A program made the translations under genes and the position numbers. This document shows positions 38,481-47,212 of a stretch of 64,000 nt of DNA, in pieces (position 1 is the stretch's first letter; every line of letters starts with the position of its first letter). This stretch comes from Thermodesulfobacteriota bacterium (GTDB taxonomy: Bacteria > Desulfobacterota > QYQD01). The stretch spans positions 147,362 through 211,361 of the forward strand of contig JAVHLC010000002.1 of assembly GCA_031082315.1 (NCBI GenBank). Reading direction: 5' to 3'. The notes under the pieces are model-generated. The model was given only the letters and a program-made list of their open reading frames with translations, made no database searches and was not told the DNA's origin.

Positions 38481-38573
38481 CATTCAGCTATCAGCGGTCA
38501 GCAGTCAGCAGGATGGAAATCTTCCATTTTTAGCTGAAAGCTGATAGCTGAATGCTGACAGCTAATTTACAAG
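38481..38573. repeat. Heptanucleotide-tandem palindromic repeat (GCTGA family); other copies at 39226-39301, 42658-42692, 43521-43560, 49626-49764, 52590-52670, 57608-57648, 62105-62140
   Basis: CATTCAG CTATCAG CGGTCAG CAGTCAG ...loop... AGCTGAA AGCTGAT AGCTGAA TGCTGAC AGCT: period-7 arrays in inverted orientation forming a long imperfect hairpin. Confidence 0.6.
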
Positions 38574-38583
38574 GAGGATTCGT

Positions 38584-39222
38584 TTGCAGAAGGTAAAAAG
38601 CGACACTAAAAAAGATTGGAAGGCCACGACCAGGGAATACGTTGAGGCTATTGTTATTGCCTTTGTCCTGGCCATGTTAATCCGGACGTTTGTAGTACAG
38701 GCATTCAAAATACCTTCCGGCTCCATGAAACCCAATCTCCTCATAGGAGACCATATATTGGTAAACAAGTTTATCTATGGGATAAAGAACCCGTTCACCG
38801 GCAGCACTCTTATCCCGCTGGAGAAGCCGGAGCGGAGCGATGTGGTGGTTTTTATCTACCCGGTTGATCGCGACAAGGACTTTATAAAGCGGGTCGTTGG
38901 GACGGAGGGCGATTGCGTCCAGATTATAAACAAAAAGGTTCATATAAATGGACAGCCCATGCCGGATAACTATACCATGCACACCGACGGCGATGTGTTA
39001 TCCTCCGCCATAGGCGGACCACGCGATAACTTTGGCCCTTATATCGTCCCCAAAAACTCTATCTTCGTTATGGGAGATAATCGGGATCAGAGCTATGACA
39101 GCAGGTTTTGGGGGCCTGTTAACCTGAAGGATGTCAAGGGAAAGGCGTTTATCGTTTACTGGTCGTGGGATAGTGAAAACTTCGGTGTCCGCTGGAAGCG
39201 CTTTGGAAAAACCATACATTAA
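38584..39222 (+). CDS. lepB: Signal peptidase I
   Basis: IPSGSMKPNLLIGDHILVNKF (catalytic Ser box), GDNRDQSYDSRFWG; TTG start with AAGGAGGA RBS. Confidence 0.85.
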   Translation: MQKVKSDTKKDWKATTREYVEAIVIAFVLAMLIRTFVVQAFKIPSGSMKPNLLIGDHILVNKFIYGIKNPFTGSTLIPLEKPERSDVVVFIYPVDRDKDFIKRVVGTEGDCVQIINKKVHINGQPMPDNYTMHTDGDVLSSAIGGPRDNFGPYIVPKNSIFVMGDNRDQSYDSRFWGPVNLKDVKGKAFIVYWSWDSENFGVRWKRFGKTIH

Positions 39223-39317
39223 GTTATTAGCAGTCAGATGTCAGCGGTATGAGGAATCTTTCTATTTTTAGCTGAAGGCTGAAAGCTGAATGCTGATAGC
39301 CATAAAAGGAGGACAAA

Positions 39318-39758
39318 ATGGCAGGTATCAACAAAGTTATCCTGGTAGGTAATCTTGGGGCCGATCCCGAGGTGCGTTATACGCCGGGGGGTTTGGCAGT
39401 GACTAACTTCCGCCTGGCCACCACAGAAAATCGCACCAATAAGGAAGGACAGCGGGAACAACGCACTGAATGGCACAGAATTGTAGCTTATGGGAGGCTG
39501 GCGGAGATATGTGGGGAATACCTGGCTAAAGGGAAACAGGTCTATATCGAAGGCCGCCTGCAGACACGTTCCTGGGATGATAAAGACGGCAACAAGAGAT
39601 GGGCTACTGAGATTATAGCCGGCAATATGCAGATGCTCGGCCCGGCCGGACGTCAGCCCGGATCAGGTGAGGGAACGACGGCCACGCCCTCGGCGGATTT
39701 AACGACAGATACTGGACCTGAACTCGGCCCGGGGCCGGATGACGATATACCATTTTAA
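39318..39758 (+). CDS. ssb: Single-stranded DNA-binding protein
   Basis: [22 protein letters not shown]...TEWHRIV OB-fold; Gly/Pro-rich tail ending DDDIPF. Confidence 0.9.
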   Translation: MAGINKVILVGNLGADPEVRYTPGGLAVTNFRLATTENRTNKEGQREQRTEWHRIVAYGRLAEICGEYLAKGKQVYIEGRLQTRSWDDKDGNKRWATEIIAGNMQMLGPAGRQPGSGEGTTATPSADLTTDTGPELGPGPDDDIPF

Positions 39759-40009
39759 GAAGTTACAAAAGTTGATCAATTCGTAAAAAAGCCTTTTCAC
39801 CGTTGAGCACGCAGAGTGCGCAGAGAAAAACCGTAAACTATTCAATATGTTATCTCAGCATTCTCGGCGATCTCTGCGGTAAAATTTTACTTTTTACGAG
39901 ACCATCAACTTTGGTATTCAGACATTTGGATTTTGGCATTTGAGATTCCGGCGAGTTTTGTGGCATCCCCGGACTATAATGGTTTTCAGAAAACGGCTTT
40001 TCAAGCCGG

Positions 40010-40400
40010 CTACTTATCGACCTGCAGTTCTCTGAGGAGTCGTTTGAACTCTTCGGTTTCTTTGTAGCCTAATACGGCATTTTGATACTCTATCCAGTGC
40101 CGCCAGATATCCATCCATTTTTCATTGTACCAGTAATAAGAAGGAGTTCCCTGCCCGAGCTGGCGTTTTATATATTCCTCATATTCTTCCTGGCAATTCG
40201 AGCAGAAGCGGAAGGGGATACTGATATCCCGATTCACCGCTTCCGGCAGATCCATTTGTACACCGCATTTGGCGCACTTAAGCATGCATTGGGTACATTC
40301 GATGAACTTTTTGAGCAAGGAGACCTTTTTTATCCTCTCTATCTCATCCTTTTTCTTCTTCTCATATTTTAATCTTTCTTCTATATCGATTATATCCGCC
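40010..40400 (-). CDS. Hypothetical zinc-ribbon protein (CxxC...CxxC)
   Basis: CTQCMLKCAKCG...CSNCQEEYEEY; start set at 40400 (MADIID) with GGAGGGAG RBS. Confidence 0.5.
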
Positions 40401-40542
40401 ATGTTATTAATCTCCCTCCTCGCCATATCTACAGGCGACGTCACTGGTCATTAGTCATCAGTCATGTTAAGTGTGAAAGATCGAGCAACTTTTACCAGTG
40501 ACAAATGACCTTAATTATACTTCCTTCCTTCCCTCCAACCCG

Positions 40543-41847
40543 TTACTCATCCGTATCTGCCGGTTCACCATTAAGGTTAAATATCCGGCGGGCAAAATCA
40601 AGATAGATATCCTTATGCTCACGGCCGCTTTTCCCTTTGAGATAAGTGATAGGATCGTGGAGCATCTTGTTGATGATAGAGGCGGTCAGGACATGAACGG
40701 CCTTTTCCTGTTCCGGGGTCAGGGAACCCATATTGGAAAGGGTCTTCTGGCACTCTTTGAGCCTGATCTGCTCTGCCTTTTCACGTAAGGATACTATTAT
40801 GGGTGTAATATCCAGCGCCTGGAGCCAATACTTAAATTTAATGACCTCTTCTTCGACAATCCTTTCAGCCCGCAGGGCTTCCTTTTGCCTTTCGGCCTTA
40901 TTCAGCTCTACGATCCCCTTCAAGTCGTCTATATCATAGAGATAAACATTATCTATCTCATTGGTGCGCGGGTCAATATCCCTGGGAACGGCAATATCAA
41001 TAAGGAACAACGGCCGGTTCTTACGGGCCCGCATGACGCCCTTTACATTATCATAATTAATTACCAGCCCCGGCGCACCGGTGGAGCTTATTATGATGTC
41101 CACATTTGACAGTTGGTCATATACCTCATCCAGGGAAATAGCCCGGCCCTTAAACTTTTGCGCCAGATCTATAGCCCGTTCCAAAGTCCGGTTGGCCACT
41201 ACGATTTCTGCCACGCCGTTGGAAATAAGGTGCTCAGCGGCCAGTTCGGCCATCTCGCCGGCTCCGATCAACATGGCCCGCTTCCCTTTCAAATCCGCAA
41301 ATATCTTCCGGGCCAGTTCGACCGCCGCAAAACTTATCGAAACTGCATGGCTGCAAATGCCGGTCTCGGTGCGCACACGCTTGGCCACAGAAAAGGTCTT
41401 GTGCAGGAGGCGGTTGAGTATGACACCGGAGGTCTTCAGGTCTGTGGCCTGGCGGTAGGCGTCTTTGATCTGGCCGAGTATCTGTGGTTCGCCTAAAACC
41501 ATGGAATCCAGGCTGGCCGCCACCCGGAACAAATGCTTGGCGGCCTCTTCTTCATGATAAATGTACAGGCAGCGTTCAAAGTCGCCGAGAGAGATGCCGT
41601 TTGACTCGGTAAAGACCTTTTTTATCTCCATTTCCGCATTCGCCGGATCAGGGGTGGTCATCAGGACTTCTACACGGTTGCATGTGGAAAGAAATATGAA
41701 TTCCCTGATGAATGGCATCCTGCGTATCAGGGTAAAAGGCAGTTCCCGGTCGCCGCCGAAAGTCAGGCGTTCCCTGATCTCAACCGGCGCTGTCTCATGA
41801 TTGAGACCGATCAGAACTATACTCAGATTAGACGCCCCATCCGGCAT
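40543..41847 (-). CDS. hemA: Glutamyl-tRNA reductase
   Basis: IVLIGLNHETAPVEIRERL, catalytic region STCNRVEV, NADPH-binding GAGEMAELAAEHL. Confidence 0.9.
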   Translation of the reverse strand: MPDGASNLSIVLIGLNHETAPVEIRERLTFGGDRELPFTLIRRMPFIREFIFLSTCNRVEVLMTTPDPANAEMEIKKVFTESNGISLGDFERCLYIYHEEEAAKHLFRVAASLDSMVLGEPQILGQIKDAYRQATDLKTSGVILNRLLHKTFSVAKRVRTETGICSHAVSISFAAVELARKIFADLKGKRAMLIGAGEMAELAAEHLISNGVAEIVVANRTLERAIDLAQKFKGRAISLDEVYDQLSNVDIIISSTGAPGLVINYDNVKGVMRARKNRPLFLIDIAVPRDIDPRTNEIDNVYLYDIDDLKGIVELNKAERQKEALRAERIVEEEVIKFKYWLQALDITPIIVSLREKAEQIRLKECQKTLSNMGSLTPEQEKAVHVLTASIINKMLHDPITYLKGKSGREHKDIYLDFARRIFNLNGEPADTDE

Positions 41848-42655
41848 AAGTATGTAATCCTTTGAGCAGCAGCGAAACCCCGAGGAATGTAAAAAGCAAT
41901 GCCCCCAGGCCGATGATGGCCATGATGGCCGCCCGTCTCCCCCGCCAGCCTACGGTCAGGCGTTCATGGAGAAGAGCCGCATAAAAAAGCCAGGTGACTA
42001 GAGACCAGGTTTCCTTGGGATCCCACTGCCAATGCGCACCCCAGGCCTGCTCGGCCCAGAGCGAGCCGGTTAGTATGCCTACGGTCAGAAGCGGAAAACC
42101 GATGGTCAGGCAGCGGTAATTTATGGCATCCAGAACCTCCAAAGAGGGCAGGCGCTGATAAAAGGCCCCGAGCTTCTTTTTCTTGATCTGGCGTTCCTGA
42201 ATCAAATACATGATACCGGCACAGGCAGCCACGGCCAGAATTCCGTAGGCAAAAAAATAAACTGTAGCATGAACAGGCAGCCAATAGCTTTTGAGCACCG
42301 GGGGTAAGGCTATTATTTTCTTGGGAAGGGTGGAAGAGGCGATCATGGAAAGGGCGGCTATCGGCGCAGCAAAGGCGCCCAGATTCTTCACCTTGTACCG
42401 CTGGTGAATGTAGAGGTAACTGCCTACCAGCGCCCAGGCAAAAAACGAGAGAGACTCGTGCAGGTTCGTTACCGGGGCGTAACCCGCCTCATAATAGCGG
42501 ACTACGATGGTGGCGGTATGGAGAAAGAAGCCGGCGATGGCCACGCCCATGGCTACCCGGGCGGCCGGCCTTTGTTGAGAGATTATATAGACCAGGTAAC
42601 CCGCCGTAGCCGCCAGGTATAACAATAAGGTCAGTTTAAAAAGGATGACGTTCAT
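41828..42655 (-). CDS. CcsA-family cytochrome c assembly protein, hemA-associated (HemX-like)
   Basis: WGAHWQWDPKETWSLVTWLFYAALLHERL WWD motif; overlaps hemA by 20 nt. Confidence 0.75.
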   Translation of the reverse strand: MNVILFKLTLLLYLAATAGYLVYIISQQRPAARVAMGVAIAGFFLHTATIVVRYYEAGYAPVTNLHESLSFFAWALVGSYLYIHQRYKVKNLGAFAAPIAALSMIASSTLPKKIIALPPVLKSYWLPVHATVYFFAYGILAVAACAGIMYLIQERQIKKKKLGAFYQRLPSLEVLDAINYRCLTIGFPLLTVGILTGSLWAEQAWGAHWQWDPKETWSLVTWLFYAALLHERLTVGWRGRRAAIMAIIGLGALLFTFLGVSLLLKGLHTYAGWGV

Positions 42656-42672
42656 TTCTTAGCTTTCAGCTA

Positions 42673-43362
42673 TCAGCGTTCAGCTTTCAGCTCTACCTTA
42701 AGATTTGAAAGCCCAAATTCCGGTCCCAGGACTTCTTGTAAAAAGCGGTCAATGCGTACCCGGTCGCCGTCCCGAATCCAGTCCAGGAGATCTGAATAGA
42801 CCAGCCGGTTGAAAATGGCCTCGTTTTCAGACTGCGGCCGGCCCATAGCCAGCACCCTAGGCCTGACGGCCCCCATAAGCCTGAGAAAATCGGCATATTC
42901 CCGGCCATAGGCATCTTCCAACTCCCGGCGCAGTTTTTTCGCCAGGGCCGGGCTTTTGCCCGCGGTGGAGATGGCAATCAAGAGATCGCCTCTTGCCACC
43001 ATAGAAGGAACTATGAAATTACACAGGTTCGGCTTGTCCACAATATTACAGAGGATATTTTTCTCCTGTGCCGCGCTGCTGACTGCTGTATTAATGCCCG
43101 GGTCGTCTGTGCAGGCCACCACTAAAAACACCCCGTTCAAGTCTCCAGTCTGATAGCCCCGTGCCGTATGTGTTATTCTCTTTTCTCCGGCCAATCCCTG
43201 GAGATAAGGAGTAAGTTCCGGACTTATGACCCTGACCCTGGCGCCGCAGGAAAGCAGGGTCTCGACCTTCCTTTCCGCAACCTTACCGCCGCCGATTACC
43301 AGGCATTGTTTGTCCTTAATATCCAGGTTTATGGGATAATACCGCAAATGTTCACCGCCCAT
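42673..43362 (-). CDS. sirC: Precorrin-2 dehydrogenase / sirohydrochlorin ferrochelatase (SirC/CysG N-terminal-type)
   Basis: YPINLDIKDKQCLVIGGGKVAERKVETLLSCGARVRVISPEL Rossmann fold; start set at 43362 (MGGEHLRYYP); the listed ORF start at 43527 is probably too far upstream. Confidence 0.7.
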   Translation of the reverse strand: MGGEHLRYYPINLDIKDKQCLVIGGGKVAERKVETLLSCGARVRVISPELTPYLQGLAGEKRITHTARGYQTGDLNGVFLVVACTDDPGINTAVSSAAQEKNILCNIVDKPNLCNFIVPSMVARGDLLIAISTAGKSPALAKKLRRELEDAYGREYADFLRLMGAVRPRVLAMGRPQSENEAIFNRLVYSDLLDWIRDGDRVRIDRFLQEVLGPEFGLSNLKVELKAER

Positions 43363-43557
43363 CTCTTGGTCAAAGTCTGACTTAAGCCAGCAATGTAACA
43401 ATAATCGGAAGGTTAGGCAAGATTTTTCCCTCACCGCAAAGGCGTAAAGGACACATATTATGTAGTCAACTGGTTGAGTAGATGAGTGGTAAAAACACAC
43501 AAAAGGATGTGAACCTGATAGGCTCATAGCTGAGAGCTGAAGGCTGATAGCTGATGG

Positions 43558-43740
43558 CTACTTGTCTTTGCCCTTGCGGGCATAGTCAAGCAGGTAGACA
43601 AGACCCAGCAGGGCTGCGGTCATCCCCACTACAGCCCAAGGGCCTTTTCGCAGGAAAGAAAAAAGGCGTGAAAAGACGATGGCGAAGATACCGGACAGCA
43701 TCAATCGCATGAGAAATATCCTGAATTTAGATGCATCCAT
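43558..43740 (-). CDS. Small hypothetical membrane protein (60 aa, two hydrophobic segments)
   Basis: ORF only; hydrophobic. Confidence 0.3.
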   Translation of the reverse strand: MDASKFRIFLMRLMLSGIFAIVFSRLFSFLRKGPWAVVGMTAALLGLVYLLDYARKGKDK

Positions 43741-43747
43741 AATTATT

Positions 43748-43850
43748 AGCGTTTAGCGCATAGCGATTAGCGAGTCATGTAGGGTGGGCTCCGCCCACCG
43801 AAACCACGCTGCGTCGCCAATGATGGTGGGCAAAGCCCACCCTACGTCTG
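43748..43850. repeat. Palindromic repeat (GTAGGGTGGGCTCCGCCCACC...GGTGGGCAAAGCCCACCCTAC family) preceded by a TTAGCGN heptamer array; copies also at 54290-54358 and 54973-55042
   Basis: Three near-identical ~70-bp copies with terminal 11-bp inverted repeats. Confidence 0.6.
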
Positions 43851-43920
43851 CGACCATAAAAACAAGTAAAGGGATGCCCTTTCCGGGGCATCCCTTTACC
43901 CAATAGCTTCTGACGCCGAT

Positions 43921-44817
43921 TTAGAATACCTTTTCTACTACCGGCACGACCTGTTTCTTACGGGACATAAGGCCGGGGATATATACTGAAGCGCCCTCTA
44001 CCTTGGTATTAAAGGCCTTTTCAATCTTGGCCTTGTCGCCTGCAAAGTACAGCTCGGAGCCTTCCTTTATGATATCCGTGGCGACAAAGATGACCATCTC
44101 ATAGCCCTCTTTGGCCTTCAGATCGTTCAGGAATTTCGTGACCTCGGAGGCGCGGTTGTAAACATCGGTCAGATCCACGACCTCGGTCTGGCCGATGCCG
44201 ACTTTTTTGCCGGCAAAATCAAAATTCTTATAGTCGGCAAAGATAACGTCTTTAATCGACTTATCCGCTATATTGGCCTTGGCCTTCTTCACATCAATGC
44301 CAAACTTCGTCATGTCGTCGATACCGGCTATCTTAGCCAGTACGGCAGCCACGTCCTTGTCTTCCTGGGTGGTGGTGGGCGACTTAAAGACTACGGTATC
44401 GGAAAGGAGCGCACCCAGCAGGATACCGGCCAAAGCCTTATCCTTGGCCACGACATCCTTGTATTTCTTGGCCAGAATGGTGGCCGTGCTGCCTACCGGC
44501 TCTACCAGAATGGCAATAGGGTTGGGATTGGAAAAATTCATCTTGTGATGATCGATAATCTCAATGATTTCCGCTTTAGCGACGTCATCCGGAGACTGGC
44601 TGGCCTCGTTATGGTCCACCAGCACAAGCTTCTTGCCCTCGGCGCTGCCCAGTTCCCCCGGCACAGGCACACCGAACGTCTTGAGCACAAATGCGGTCTC
44701 CTCGTTGATCGACCCCAGGGTGGCCGGGGTATAGCCCTTTATCTTGGCGTAAGCGATTGCCGAACATACCGTATCCGTATCCGGACTCTTATGACCTATT
44801 ACGTATACATCTGCCAT
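43921..44817 (-). CDS. ppaC: Manganese-dependent inorganic pyrophosphatase (family II, DHH-DHHA2)
   Basis: YVIGHKSPDTDTVCSAIAYA (DHH N-terminal motif), DHH at IIDHHKMN; 298 aa. Confidence 0.85.
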   Translation of the reverse strand: MADVYVIGHKSPDTDTVCSAIAYAKIKGYTPATLGSINEETAFVLKTFGVPVPGELGSAEGKKLVLVDHNEASQSPDDVAKAEIIEIIDHHKMNFSNPNPIAILVEPVGSTATILAKKYKDVVAKDKALAGILLGALLSDTVVFKSPTTTQEDKDVAAVLAKIAGIDDMTKFGIDVKKAKANIADKSIKDVIFADYKNFDFAGKKVGIGQTEVVDLTDVYNRASEVTKFLNDLKAKEGYEMVIFVATDIIKEGSELYFAGDKAKIEKAFNTKVEGASVYIPGLMSRKKQVVPVVEKVF

Positions 44818-45035
44818 CTTCTTCTGTCCTCCATATTATTTAGTTTATTTTTTACGTCTTCGAAAAGACAACAATTGAAGGACAATCATAATAGTTAGGC
44901 GGTATCTTTGTCAAGGATAAAATGAAGCGCTATTCACTTTCGTTTTAATGGTCTTACCGGGAAATGACGACCCGGGATTTGAGATTTGAAATTTCAGATT
45001 TGAGATTTTAAGAAAATAAGGCTATCATACAACAA

Positions 45036-45680
45036 ATGGACATCTCTGCCCTTGCCAAATTCTTTATAGCCAGCTTCGTCTCCATCTTTGTCATCGTCAA
45101 TCCCCTGGCCAACATATCTGTCTTCATTACCATGACGGAGGGAGATGCCCCGGAAAAGCGCCGGGCTACGGCCCTTAAGGCCTGCACGACCTGTTTCGTT
45201 GTCCTGGCTGCCTTTACCTTCGGGGGTCATTATATCCTCCGTTTTTTTGGCATAACCGTCCCCGCCTTCCGCATAGCCGGCGGCATCATCCTCTTCATGG
45301 TGGCCCTTCAGATGCTCCAGGTCAAACCCGCCCTCATCCGCACCAGCCCGGAAGAGGAGAAAGAAGGCATGGAAAAGGAAGATATCGCGATCGTCCCCCT
45401 GGCCATCCCCATGTTGAGCGGCCCCGGGGCCATCACTACGGTCATGGTGCTTGGCAGCGAACACGAAGGCTGGACGCCCAAGCTTCTTATAATACTATCC
45501 AGTCTGCTGACCAGTCTTATATCTTATGTTATCTTTTCCCGATCGGTTTCCATGGCGCGGGTGCTGGGCAGGTCCGGGGTAAATATCCTGACCCGGGTCA
45601 TGGGACTTATCCTGGCCGTCATTGCCGTAGAGATAGTAGTCAGCGGGATTCGGGGCATGTTCCCGCGCCTGTTTTCCTGA
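45036..45680 (+). CDS. MarC-family (UPF0056) integral membrane protein
   Basis: FFIASFVSIFVIVNPLANISVF...; six predicted TM segments. Confidence 0.7.
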   Translation: MDISALAKFFIASFVSIFVIVNPLANISVFITMTEGDAPEKRRATALKACTTCFVVLAAFTFGGHYILRFFGITVPAFRIAGGIILFMVALQMLQVKPALIRTSPEEEKEGMEKEDIAIVPLAIPMLSGPGAITTVMVLGSEHEGWTPKLLIILSSLLTSLISYVIFSRSVSMARVLGRSGVNILTRVMGLILAVIAVEIVVSGIRGMFPRLFS

Positions 45681-45873
45681 AATACTTGCCGGCGCGAGAA
45701 AGCCTACCCTGAAACATTTCTAATAGGGGGCGCATGGTCAGGGGATAGTTTTTGCGGCGGCTCAAATGACCTGTTGAGTATAATTCTCACTTGCTAAATA
45801 ATGGTTGTCGGGTAGCCAGACCGGCTAAGCGCTGGCTACCCGACACTCGGTTGGGGCGAAATTTCTTAATAGT

Positions 45874-47178
45874 CTATTCCCCCGGCAGGCGCTCCAAACT
45901 GGTTGGTTTGCCTGCGGCCTGCCGCGCTGCGTTCCAGTCCTCGCGGCTGCGCGCCGCCTCTTCACCCGGCAGGCTGCTCAGTATCTCAAAATAATCCAAT
46001 TTGTACTTGTCTTCGACCACCACCGCTTCCGGATTGCATCTGACCGCATAGACCGTTTGCACGGACTGGTGATCAAAGTCGCGCCATATCTGCTTATCCT
46101 TCAATAGCGTGTACTCGTGACCCTCGAGCGCCTTGATCACCCCGGGTGAATCAAAGCCTTTGGCCCTCTCCGCGGCTCCCTTGTATTCGTATAGAATTGT
46201 ATAGGCCGAAGCGCCCGAAGTGCTGGGATAACGGCCGTATTTAGCGGCAAACTTCTCTACAAACTCTTTTCCCCTTTGGTAATTGTGCTTGTATGGAATC
46301 TTCCAGGTCCAGGGAACAGATCCAATCACGCCCTCCATGACCTTGGGACCGCCGGCCTCGGCCATGCCCAGGGTGAGATTCGGGACTACTATCTGGCAAT
46401 CCTTTTTCAGTCCCATGGTTGTCGCAATCTGGATGGCTGAGGACATGTCCCGGCCAAAAAGGACCAATACCAGGACATCGGGCTTTATCATCCGGGCGAT
46501 GTTGAGGGCCTTGGTAAAATGCTCCAGTGTGGCCCCTGGAAACGGGGTCTTCACCCCTTTGTGCACTGATGTGTCCTCGGTGCCGCTGAGTTTTCTCACA
46601 GAGGTCTCGGTAGTCCAACCCCAGGTGTAGTCAGCGGTAATGTAAAAATATTTCTTTCCCGCAAAATTTTCCTTTAAGTATTTGGATATGGCCTTGGCCC
46701 CCATCCACGCGTCGTAGCACTCGCGGAAGGTATGGCGATGCCCTTCTTCGCATGTAGTCTCATTGGAATAGGTGAGGGTCCCAAAGAATGGGATGCCTTT
46801 TTCCTGGCACACCTTGGCCGCGGCTATGGCTACAGCGCTTGAAGACCCACCGAATACCATCTTCACGCCTTCCTGATCGATCAACTCGGTAACGTTTTTG
46901 GTGGTGATATCCGATTTTGACATGGAGTCGCGTTTTACAAGCTCTATCTGCTTTCCCAGGATGCCCCCGGCCGCATTAATCTCCTCCGCAGCGAGTTCCG
47001 CGGCACGTAACTGATCCAGACCCTCAATCGCATACGGCCCGGTTGCAGGATAGTTCAAACCAATCTTCACCGCATCGGCCCCGGCCAGGGAAACAGACAG
47101 GGTGTTGGCCAGAAACAGCCCGGTGATCAGGGAGATCATCAGAACCCGGCCTGATCGTTCCAAAATTCCTTTAAACAT
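45874..47178 (-). CDS. Periplasmic substrate-binding protein, Liv/branched-chain-amino-acid type (no cognate permease or ATPase genes adjacent)
   Basis: Signal peptide; Liv-type substrate-binding-protein size and composition; AAGGAGGAA RBS. Confidence 0.7.
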   Translation of the reverse strand: MFKGILERSGRVLMISLITGLFLANTLSVSLAGADAVKIGLNYPATGPYAIEGLDQLRAAELAAEEINAAGGILGKQIELVKRDSMSKSDITTKNVTELIDQEGVKMVFGGSSSAVAIAAAKVCQEKGIPFFGTLTYSNETTCEEGHRHTFRECYDAWMGAKAISKYLKENFAGKKYFYITADYTWGWTTETSVRKLSGTEDTSVHKGVKTPFPGATLEHFTKALNIARMIKPDVLVLVLFGRDMSSAIQIATTMGLKKDCQIVVPNLTLGMAEAGGPKVMEGVIGSVPWTWKIPYKHNYQRGKEFVEKFAAKYGRYPSTSGASAYTILYEYKGAAERAKGFDSPGVIKALEGHEYTLLKDKQIWRDFDHQSVQTVYAVRCNPEAVVVEDKYKLDYFEILSSLPGEEAARSREDWNAARQAAGKPTSLERLPGE

Positions 47179-47212
47179 GGTTTCCTCCTTAGTCTCGTTT
47201 TACTTTAAACAA

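Noticed and set aside
45812-45846. Inverted repeat GTCGGGTAGCCAG...CTGGCTACCCGAC between convergent marC and SBP genes
   Set aside because: Good hairpin but no adjacent U-tract on either strand; possibly a terminator or protein-binding site, but too uncertain to call.
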